From: Botryllus schlosseri
Taxonomy: Eukaryota
Reading direction: 5' to 3'
Assembly: GCA_051294905.1 (NCBI GenBank)
Contig: CM119371.1
Coordinates: 39,124,001-39,188,000, forward strand
Length of the DNA: 64,000 nucleotides
A program made the translations under genes and the position numbers. Numbering within the stretch: the stretch's first letter is position 1; the number at the start of each line of letters is the position of its first letter. Below are positions 41,001 through 53,000 of this stretch, in pieces. The notes beneath the pieces are model-generated. The model made no database searches. It was given only the letters and a program-made list of their open reading frames with translations, and was not told the DNA's origin.

Positions 41001-44000
41001 AGTATCAACCCTTGCTCCGAATTCGACTTACCTGCGATTGACTCGATCTCCGACAATTCTTCTCGATTTAAGAGAAGGTAGCGATGGATGTGATGGTCCG
41101 CGACCGCGTACAGCAAACGGAAGTAGTGTATCTTGACAGCCTGTTCCTGAAACCAATTACGGTGTCAAGATAATCGTGACTAATTAGAGCAAATGGTAAT
41201 CTAATTCTAATTCTAATTCGTTAAATATTTCTATGCTTTAACAGATTTCCTGAAACTGCTTCAGGACAACTATAGCGTGCGAACTGCTCATACTCATGAC
41301 AATGAACTCTGGTTTGGTGTAAAATGAACGCAATTTCATTTCAGAAGAAGAAATGGTTCTCAACCTTTTTGACCTCGGGCAGTAAAACTTCAAAATGTAT
41401 GCTTCTGACCAGCGGTACACCTTCTAAATCCAAATTAATCCTATATTTAGTTACGGTTAATGTTTGCAGCAATGTAGGCTGTAGTGTAGAGCTACACTCT
41501 CTATAATTGAAGAGCTTCTTGGAGGTACAGGACTTCAATACACAATATTTTCGGCCGACTCCAGGGTCGTAATGACTCGAGTCCTTTTCTCAAAATATGG
41601 AAATGACGCGTCTCGAGTCAATCTGCGTATTGACTCGACTTGGCCTCGAGTCATTGCGCACGACTCGAACTAAGTCATACGACTCGAGAATCAGACGGTC
41701 AAGACCGACATTTCATTGTCATTTCGTAGAATAGCAAAGTAACCACACTATTGGGATTTCGTCTATTGGTACTGGTACTTGAAAATGCGACCAGAAACTA
41801 CTGAAAGCGAGGGAAAAGAGTATATTATAAATGCGAACCATTCGATATCACCAAACAGAGTTATAAAAAGTGACTTTAACAAGACTTTGACTCGGACTCG
41901 AGTCATAACACCATGACTCGAGCTCGGCACTCTGCTCGTTGACTTGGACTCGGTGGTGAATTGAAAATGGCTCGACTTGACTCGAGTCAAAACTATAAAA
42001 GTGAGATGGACTCATGACTGAGCCTTGCGACTTGGTTAGAACCCTGCTTCACGGACAGGGACAGCTTACCGGGCCTTCCTCGTGGCTTGGAAAATGATCC
42101 TCGCCCGTAGTCACCCATATCAGTTTCTCCACCGACTTTTCGAGCCCCCGTATCAGGTCGTAGCTCATAACGTGTTCCTGCATCTGGTGGTAAAATAAAT
42201 ATAATATTCAAGCATTTTCAAGCAATCGTGATTGATCATAATCGAAGAAAAACCAAAGTATCCAATAATTTCCTACATCTAATCAAAAGAACTGTTACTC
42301 AACATTACATAAGATGCATCTTGCTGTATACAACCTAGCCACCACTTATTAACCGCTAAATTTAAGTGAACCTGCAGTCAAATCTGTTTGCCAAACAAGC
42401 TGTTTTGACACGCCTTGAAATTGGTACCAGGGGTGTAATGACTCGAGTCAATCTGTGTATCGACTCTACTTGTACTCGAGTCATAGCGCATGTCTCAGAA
42501 CAAGTCATACGACTCGAGACTTGGAAGGCCAAGACCGTCATTTCATTGTAATTCCAAAGTGGAGTAAAGTTGACAGAGTATTGGTATTTCGCCTATCTGT
42601 ACTGGTACTTGAAAATGCGACCAGAAACTGTTGGTAGTGAGGAGAATTGGTATATTATGAATGAGAAGCATTCGATATCACCTGACAGAGGGGTAAAAAG
42701 TGGGCTTAACAAGACTTCAATTCAAAACTTGACAGTCAGCACAATGACTCAAACTCGAGTCATATCACTATGACTCGGCGGTGAATTTAAAATGACTCGA
42801 TTTGACTAGAGTCAAAACTATAAAAGAGAGATAGACTTGTGACTCGGAACCTTGTGACTTGGTTACAACCCAGATTGGTACTACGAATGGATCTGTGACT
42901 CAAAATTCAAGTAATCAAGTCGAGAGGCTCCGAGTCACAAGTGAATCTCACTTTTATAGTTTTGACTCGAGTCAAGTCGAGTCGTTTTAAATTCACCACT
43001 GAGTAAAGTCCGAGTCCAAGTCGTTATGTTGACTGCTCAGTTTCCAGCTAAAGTCCTGTTGAACCCACTTTTCATAACTCTGGTGATATCAAATGGTTCA
43101 CATTTATAATATAATAATTTTCCTCACTTTTAGCAGTTTCTGGGCGCATTTTCAAGTACCAGTATCAATAGACGATATCCCAACAGTGTGGTTACTTTAA
43201 TATTCTTCGAAATTACATTGAAATGTTGGTCTTGGCCGTCTGAGTCTCACGTCATATGACTTGGTTCGAGTCATGCGCAATGACTCGGGTCAAAGTCGAG
43301 TCCATGCACAGATCAACTCGAGTCGAGTCATGAGTTAATCTGTCATTAACTAAATGCGATATCTTGGATATTTTGTGACATACAATCAATGATGACACAA
43401 TGGGAAAGTCTATCTATATTGGGCGGAGGCATTTTTTGTCACCCAGTTGGTACGATACAGCATGTTAAGCAATTTTACCAACCTTTTTCCTGCATTTTCC
43501 AGAAAGCAGCGTGCTCAGCATCAAATAACCGTCGGCCCGCGCAGATTTTTCGCAATACATGGCCGCTTGGTAGATTGCACTATCGCTGTATTCCTCTGCC
43601 AAAGGAATCGGAGATTCTAAGTATAACAATTTCAAAGCAAAAATGCCAACAATTAGCCTAATCACCAACATGATAACGTGGAAAAAAACGTGTAGCGCAA
43701 TTCTAGTACTACTCTAATTTCTAAAAAAATGTGTAGCTATAATTCAAATTTCGAAAGAATGGTATACGGTAGGTGTAATTACGATCTAATTTAGAAAAAA
43801 ATGTGTATCCATAATTCAAATTTTACACTTATTACAAAAGAAATGTGTAGCTATAACTCTGTTTCGAACTTAATTTAGAAAAATCGTGTGGGCCTATCCA
43901 TAATTCTAATTTTACTCTGATTTCGAAAGGAGTGCGTAGCTATAATTCTAATTCTAATTCAATTTTTAAAAAAAATGTGCAGCTATAGTTTTACACTCAT

Positions 44001-47000
44001 TTCAAAAGAAATGTGTAGCTATAACTCTGTTTCGAACTTAATTTAGAAAAATCGTGTGGGCCTAGCTATAATTCTAATTTTACTCTGATTTCGAAAGGAG
44101 TGCGTAGCTATAATTCTAATTCTAATTCAATTTAAAAAAAAAAATGTGTAGCTATAATTTTACTATAATTTCGAAAGAAGTGTGCAGCTATAATTCTGAT
44201 TCTAATCTAATTCGTAAAAGCTGGAAATTTTCTAGTTCCACAACTCCGGTCGCTACAAGCCATCAGTAAATCATAAAAACCGGACCTAATCTCAACCGTG
44301 CAACGAGGGTTCAACCATACCTGCCATTTCCGCGTCGATATCCAACATGGAGAGGTCGAACGAGTCCCCGACCACGCGCAGGAGCAGTTCCGCAAAGCTC
44401 CCGGGTATCGTCGACGCCACCGATTTCGTAGTGGACGCGAATAGATGGTCCAGGAACTTCGGAAAACTCAAAAGGTACTCTGCGATAAAAATGTGTTACT
44501 CATGCTATCAGTCTTGGAAATTGAGATTAGAGGTTTTCAGTAATGACGTACTCATACTATTTCAAAGCGCTCAAATGTGCCCGCGGGTTCATTTCCTACT
44601 TTTTGATGAAGCCGCTGGTTGCAGAATCAATAATAGGGGCATTCGATGTATATCTCAAAATACGGAAATGACTCGAGTCCAGCCAACCTGTGCATTGACT
44701 CGACTTGGACTCGAGTCATTGCGCATGACTCGAACCAAGTCACATGACTCGAGACTTAGACGGCCAAGACCGACATTTCGAAATTTTGAAGTATAGTAAA
44801 GTAACCACGCTATTGGGATTTCATCTATTGATTTGATACTGATACTTGAAAATGCGACCAGAAACCGCTAAAGGTGAGGAAAATTAGCATATTTCAAATG
44901 CGAACCATTCGACATCACCAAACAGAGTTATTTAAAATGGGTTTAAGACTTTAACTCAGTGGTTCTTAACCTTGCCTCCAGCGCCCATCAAGGGGCGCTG
45001 GCGATTTTGAAGGGGGCGGAAACGCTCAGGGGGCGATATGGGGGGCGCTGGGCTCAGGAGGGCGGTATGGGGGGCGCTGGAGAAAAATGACTTCGCAGTA
45101 GACGATGTGGTGGTAGGACATATCCCTAATGAGTATTCAGAGTAAATTAACACCGAAAACTTCGTTATATATAGCCTACAAAAGACATATAGGTTTAGTT
45201 GTCCATGGGCGCCTAAATGACTGGCACCGAATGTTCCTGTCTTGGCAATCTGAACCCCAGACGACGAATTCCATCTGGCAGGGAAAATTATATGCAAGTG
45301 AAGAAATACCACTCTGAAATCGTGTGCGTCTTTTAGTTTAGTACGATTGGGCGACAGAGATATCTAAAACTAGATATTTTTGTTGGGCGATATCCCTGTT
45401 GGGTGATTCTATATTTTTTGACATAGCAGACAGGAGGTCACGAAATAACATCATGCAACGAAGTCATATCAACGGGTTCGCCCGCTCAAATATGCCTATA
45501 ATTATCAGTTACGGGCCCTACAGTTTCCAAGACACCTCACAAGGTTCACTCTAAGTTTTGATGAGTCTGCGCACACTCAACAACTCACTGCGCTGCCCCT
45601 TGGACAACAGTGCGTAACGACTAAAAAAAGGTAATAACTTCGGATTTGTTGTGCGCAACGTAGATTTTCTGTGCACAGACACCGTGTAAGCACTGCGCAC
45701 GAGCGCAGCTTAGAGGGAACATTGCACCTCACTCAGCTCTACCGGTAAATCTGGTAACGTGAGCAGAGAGGTCAAGAAATTGATAGCAATATATATGCAA
45801 TTCCCGATCTTACTGACCGATTTTATTATGAATTAGCGAAAGTTTTCGCGCTTCGCACTGGCTCGCTAAACAGTACAGCTGATTCCTGGCAAAAGCGAAC
45901 GACGTGATTGGGGGCAGTTGGTTTATCACCCTATGGGAGCCCAAGATCCAAGTTTTTTCGGGGGCCTGATGAAGTGCAGTTTCGTTCCTGCCAACATGTA
46001 TACGCCCGAAGATGTATAATTATTATTGAGGAGTCCTACCTTTTCAATCACCCATCACTCAGCTTTACCGGTAAATCTGTTTACGCGAGCAGAGAGAGGA
46101 TAAGAATTGATTTCAATATGCATGCAATTCCTGATCATATTGACCAATTCAATCATTAATTAGTGAATTTTTTCGCGGTTCGCTCGTCTAGGCGAGAATA
46201 GCTGCCTCTGTAAATGGACACCCAATTTAGATGACTAGTTTCAGCAAATAGCGGATAGCCGAAGGGGGACCCCCGGAAGTTTGGTTTATCACCCGATGGG
46301 GGGCCCAAGACCAACGGGGGGGGGGCTGACGAAGTGCTGTTATGGCCCTGGTAACGAATTAATTGTACCTACGGGCACGCCCAAATATGTTTAATTAATA
46401 GTTATGTGCCCTTTATTTTCCCTTACAACAGCTCACTTAGCGCTACTGGTAAATCTGATTACGTGGGCTGAGAGGATAAAAAGTTTATAGCGACTCATAT
46501 ATGTAAATCATTCATGCATTACAGAAAGTTTTGGTACCTAGGGCGACCAGGCCAGACAAACTTTGATGACCATCGAAATCACGCTACGGGGTTCTTGGGG
46601 GCAAAGCATTCAGAAGTTTGGTTTATTACGCTATGGATGCGCAAGGCAATTGTTTGTAGGGGGGTTGACGAAGTGCTGTTACGGCCCTCCCTCTAAGTCA
46701 TTTTCTTTATTACACTCCTTACAATATGAGGTTGGGGGGCGCTGGAGCACGATAATTTTTGAAAGGGGGCGCTGGAGGAAGAAAGGTTAAGAACCACTGC
46801 TTTAACTGAAAATTGAGCAGTCAACACAATGACTTGGACTCGAACTCGACCATATACTCACCAACTTGGATTCAAACTTGACTCGGTGGTGAATTAAAAA
46901 TGACTCGACTTGACTCGAGTCAAAACTGTGAAAGTGATATCGACTTGTGACTCGGTTACAACACTGCCTTGTAGACTGGCATCATCGTGGAAATGTGATG

Positions 47001-50000
47001 TCCTATCGTAATATGCGGCACGAATAAAATAGCATTTTTAAATAATTTAATTAAATTGTTGTTGCACCAGGCACATAGGCCTGTTCAAAAATAATTATTT
47101 TTCCGGATTCCAGCCATTCACTGATTAAATTGTCAGGCTACCGATAAAAACGCTGCACACCAAATTTGGTTCAATTCTTACCAGTATAAGCCAGTATAAG
47201 TATGCTTGCCGTGTATGTAAAAATTTCAGCTGAAGTTTATTCCTCACCTTGATTCGCTTTGTTCAGCTGAATTTTCGCGTCGTCCATCAGGATTTCATCG
47301 AATTTCTCTAAAGAAGCGTCCATGCCCATGATAGAGTCGCCTACCGCAATAGCGGAAACGAGAATGTGATACAGATGAGCTTGTTGTATGTGCATTAGGT
47401 CGCGATTTAGTACGGCCCTGCAAAACATCATATATAAAGCGTGTTAGACTTTAGTTTTGCTGTCCGATCTTTTCTTCTCCGCGGACAAAACATCTCCAAA
47501 CAGCAATATATGTTTGTATCAGTAGGCTAGTAACAATTAAAATGAGTTGAAACAGAATAATATTTCATCTCTGACTGCCATTCTGTCCTGAAGTTTTAGC
47601 AGCTATGTAGCAAAACTGCCATGTCAGTTTTTCTATTTACAAAATACAAATTATGTTGATACGGTAGCCATTTTGTGAATTTGGAGGTTTCACGGAGCCT
47701 TTGACAATGCTTCACGGACCCCTAGGGTCCGTGGACCTCCGTTGAGAATGAGAGTCACTGTTCCGAGATATATGGAGGTGATATCAAAATTGTTTTTTGA
47801 TCACTCAAGTTCAATTTCACTTTTATATTGACCTCGATGGGGCAGTCGGCGGGGGGGGGGGGGGGGGGCGCAATTTTGACTAGTTTTTAGTGCTGCTAAA
47901 GTGATTTTCATTGCATTTTTCTAACTGAGCAGCCAGCCCACTTCACTTTGTGTATTATGTAAAATTGAAATTTACACTGTGTCTTAGAGACAACCAATCA
48001 GTTATTAAACATCTGAATATGGACCAAAGCCATATTCACGAGACGAAAACATTAACAGATGACGTTAATCTTGATCGGCTACTATGAATTCCACGCAAAG
48101 TGATGTCATAAAAGCAGACAATGCATTCCCGATCAGCAAACAATGACACCGGAACGCAGCAGGATATAACTGCAATCGATATTTCGCTAATAACCGCGAC
48201 GAATCCGCTCCAAAGCCATCACAATACAGTCACCATTATCAGGCCTGCATATTTTTTTACACACAAAGACCTATCGAATACAATAAGGACACAATATCTT
48301 AGTCGCTTGATAATGAGCGCTAGTTTGAAAACTGCATTTAGAAAAACTGTATTATGATTGGAAGGGCTGTAATCACTCGAGTCACGATTTTTTGGTGACT
48401 CAACTCGAGTCAATTTAGAATGCGAGCCATTCTATATCACTCGAGAAGAGTTGAAAAAAGTGGGTAGAATCGGATTGAACTTAAAATTCAACACGTGAAG
48501 GCAATGACTTGGACTCGAACTTGACTCGGTGGTTACTTCATAATGACTCGACTTGACCGAGTCAAAACTATAAAAGTGAGACAGACTCGTGGCTCGGAGC
48601 TTCGTGACTTGGTTACGACCCTGTCATACACTCACGGTAGACAAGGTATCTTTTTCATGTCGAGATAAACCACTCTGGGTTCCGACAACAACATTTCTTC
48701 GAGCAGTAACGTTGCGTCCGCGAACATCCGCTTTTCTCGGAGCGTCAGCAGGCTGAACAGGAAATGGAGCAGACGCACGTTTTTGCACAGATGCGATATG
48801 CCAATGTCGAGCTGTTCAAAATTTCAAAAAGTAGTAAAAAATTAGTCGGCCAAATTTCAAGAATAGAACACAAAACACGAACTAGGACCGAGTGAAATAG
48901 TGTACCTGAAAGCAGAATCGGACCAGGGTTGTGACCAAGTCAATCTCACTTTTATAGTTTTTATTCGAGTCAAGTCGAGTCATTTTCAATTCACCACTGC
49001 GTTAAGTCCAGGTCATCGAGTAGAGGGTCGGTTCCGAGTCATGGTATTATGACTCGAGTCCAAGTCATTGTGTTGACTGATCAATTAACAGTTAAATTAT
49101 TCTTAAACCCACTTTTTATAACTATGTTTGGTGATATCGAATGGTTCGCATTCATAATATACTAATTTTCTTCACTTTTAGCAGTTTCTGGTCGCATTCA
49201 AGCACCAGTACCAATAGAAGAAATCCCAATAGTGTGGTTACTTTACTATCCTTCAAAATAACAGTGGAATGTCAGCCTTCGCCGTCCGAATCTCGAATCA
49301 TATGACTCGGTCTGACTCATTCACAATGACTCGAATCCAAGTCGAGTCAATACACAAATTGACTCGAGTCTAGTCATTTCCGCACTTTGAAAAAATGACT
49401 CGAGTCATCAGAAAATCGTGACTCGAGTCAATACAACCCTGGTATAACATGCCTCTAAGAAACAGGGATTAAAATTCTGACTCGGATGACGAGTTGAAAA
49501 TGACTCGACTTGATTTGAATTAAAGCCATGGAAGTAAGATCAACTTGTGACTTTATTAATAATGCAACGAACGATGGCCTGGACTGGAGTCACAGGCTAC
49601 CATCACAAATTGTATAGCCTAAACCAGTTGATTGTGCGCCTTGACCTTCAACTCTTGAGACTAGGTTAGCAGAGCCCCTAGTGCCCCATAGAACACTGTG
49701 TTAGCCTACTCACAAACAGAAAAGGCACACTCACCGTACGACTCACAACTTGAATTATTTGAAGAATTTGTTTGACGACATCCATAACGTCTTCCGGCAC
49801 TTCCTTGATGTTTACATCCTCGCCGATATTTTCATGTATATTGTAGAAAGTGTTTACAATGATGTTCACGCAGAGCTGTAACAAAATAACGGTCTCGATC
49901 TGACGCCAAAAATGCGCGAGGAAAATCACAGGATTTTTGGATAAATTAGCATCGTTTTTACGAGTGAAACTGTCATAAGAGCCGCGAGAAATGGCTCATG

Positions 50001-53000
50001 TACTCAGGGAACTGAATATATTGTACCTGTTTAATAGGGCTGTTCAAAATTAACCTTTTTTCCTGAATATTGCTGGTTACTTCATAATCGTTAGGTTGCC
50101 TTAAAAAACGACGCACACCTAATTTGAATTCATTCCAACCAATATTCGCGGATTTCGTAGAGTTTGAAAATTTTGAATTTGCCTAAAAATGCAAAACAAA
50201 TTTTTTTTCAAATTTTTCTGCCAACCCCATGAAATTGTTGCGCTGTCTTCAAAAACGATGCAAAACAAATTTGACTCAATTCGAAGCCGTAGAAGTGGAG
50301 TTATTTCAGTTTTTCTTTGATAATTCTGGGATTATCCTTGATTGGTGGATCATCCCAGAATTATCATCAAAAAACTTGAATAACTCCGCTTCTGCAGCTT
50401 GGAATTGAGTCAAATTTGTTTTCCATCGTTTTTGAAGACAGCGCAACAATTTCATGGGGTTGGCAGAAAAATTTGAAAAATTTTTTTTTTTGCATTTTTA
50501 GGCAAATTCAAAATTGTCAAACTCTACGAAATCCGCGAATATTGGTTGGAATGAATTCAAATTTGGTGTGCGTCGTCTTTTAAGGCAACCTAACGATTTA
50601 ATCAAGTAACCAGCAAGATTCAGGGAAAAAGGTTATTTTTGAACAGCCCTACTGTTTATAGTATCATCATCAATGCTACATCTTGACATATGGAAAGTGG
50701 CAGCCACTAACTATCAACTAAAATTCATCAACACTTACCAAATCTAAATTTTGAACTTTACCGATGAAGTAGGCTTACTTTAAAGACCATTTCCTATTTG
50801 TAATTGACTTTAAATTAACGGAATTACTTCTTAGGGTGGAGTGAAAAAAAAGAATTTTAATTTCAAAAAGTGCCATTGATATTTGGTCCCAAATCTCGAA
50901 TGAATTGCTTCTATCATCACTTGGATCATTGCAAACTTGGTAAAAACCAAGCCATATTTTTAACGACGGCCTAAAAATCAATAATTTACTTGTAACTTTT
51001 TTTTCTGTATATACATTTTCAAGACAAAGTTTTACGGAAGTGAGATAGAAACATGTTGCTTCCGCAGCTTTTAAGCCCAAAACTAGCTTTCTGGCACAAG
51101 CGGTTATTAAGATCATGGCAAAATTAGCAATTTTTAGTGAAATTGCACGGTTACTAGAGGGAGCAGAAACCTGAAATGATGATAGAAGTAATTCGTTTGA
51201 TATTTAGGACCAAATAACGATGGAACTTTTTGATATACAAATTTTTCTTTATTCAACTCCACCCCATTACTTCCACTTCAACTTGAGTAGCAAGGCTGAC
51301 TGTGCACACCACCTCTGGCCATCACAAAAACGAACAATAAAACAAAATATCAATGCCCTTACCTCCAAACCCCCAGAATAGTACACCTCCAAACAGGCGT
51401 TCGTCACTGGAGGCTCCATCATGATTGGCTCGATGATTATCTGAAAAATTGACAGAGTTCGACCAACAGCAGAATCATAAAAGATTGGGCAAAAATATCA
51501 ATCTAATTGTACTCTGATTTATTAAATGTTTCTCTGCTATCATTTCAATGCTAATCTAATTTTCGATTTTCTTGAAACGAGGCATGGTGTATAGACATGT
51601 AGTGCCATTCTTATACTTATCAGAATGTAGGCCTATGTATGATTAGATATCAACTGACCATGATTACTGTTGTATTTCTCCTTAATTCAGAATTTAATTA
51701 GGTTTCCATTTTTTTGCGAATTCAGTAGTTCTAATTCTAGTCTAATTTGAAATGAACATGTGTGGCTGTAATTCAGACCCTAATCTAATCTGACGTTTAA
51801 TTCAATTTAGGATTTTGGATGGAATTCTGTCACAGATCAAACTCCCAAACATGATCTCAAAACATACCATGATCATCACCTCCCAAGAATCGAACACCAG
51901 ATAAGAATTTTCGCCACAACATACTTGCCATGAGAAATATAGATAAGCCATGTTATGTGGTGACTAATGCTGCCCTATCAGAGTGAAATATACAAGCTTG
52001 TATAGTTCAGTTTAGGTTTAACAAAACTTTCATCATTTCTTAACACCACAAGATACTGTAAGGATAAAAAGATAAGAATGAATCACATTCAGCTGTGATG
52101 AATATTAATCCTCATTTTTTTGTTAAGTACTGTGGGAATACATGTATAAATGATTTGTTCTTGTAATGTAACACTGTTGTTGATGGGCGGACCATTTTGT
52201 ACACTAAGTTAGAGCAATGTGTTCAATGTGAAATGTAACATAGAGGTATACAGATTGGACTAAGTGTGACGGGAGATAACATAAAAGGGCAAGTTGTGAA
52301 AATAAGGTGATGCGTGGCTGTAGGCAAAGTCAATATGTGGGATCAGGTTCCTGTTATCTCGAACTGACACTAATTGTTTTATTATGACAAATACAATTGA
52401 ATTTGCGACTGGTTCAACAAACAAACTATGTTGTGGGTATAGTAAACAATTAAATCACTGTAAATTTGATGTAGTGTAGGCTATGTGTCTCAGAGACACG
52501 TCAATGTAAACAGGCCATTAACAATCGTGGATTTCAGTAGGTTACACAAACAACCTTCTAAAGCAGTGGTTCTCTAACCTTTTCGTCTTCACGAACCACT
52601 TTTGGACTGTCAGGGACCCATGTGGACCCCGAACACGTTTTAGTTCAAATTTAGCTCAATTATCATGCAATCGTAATCTGTCTTGCGCAAATGTTTACAG
52701 TGGGCTGGTGAAGAACAACTACAATTTGACATTTCATGAAAATAACTCCATCTATATGTAGGCTAGAATTTATCGAGACTTGTAGGCCATTAGTTCAAAG
52801 AGAATTCTGCAGCATCATATCCTGAAATATACATATGTGTTCATGTCTTGGAAATATTGCGGCCACTCTGCTGATGTGAGTCCTGCCGTCTGAGCAGTCA
52901 TGAGGCGAAACCGTCTCATGATCTGCCCAGCTTGAAAAATTACAAATTAGGTTGGGCCTATAAATCATGTTGTAGGCCGCGGACCCCCTGGGCCTGAAAA

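Larger units (their letters stand above)
40235..43325. mobile_element. Cluster of four GACTC family MITEs in TRPC4AP introns
   Basis: About 40235-40700 (+), 41562-42045 (+), 42428-42873 (+, TSD ATTGGTAC) and about 42915-43325 (inverted). Confidence 0.85.

Noticed and set aside
42070..42183. Alternative reading DAGTRYELRP... of TRPC4AP exon 9 joined directly to exon 7
   Set aside because: The phase-0 frame matches the family, and exon 8 supplies the correct phase.
43690..44215. Regularly spaced repeats resembling a CRISPR array
   Set aside because: Degenerate tandem units without unique spacers, inside a eukaryotic intron, with no cas genes.
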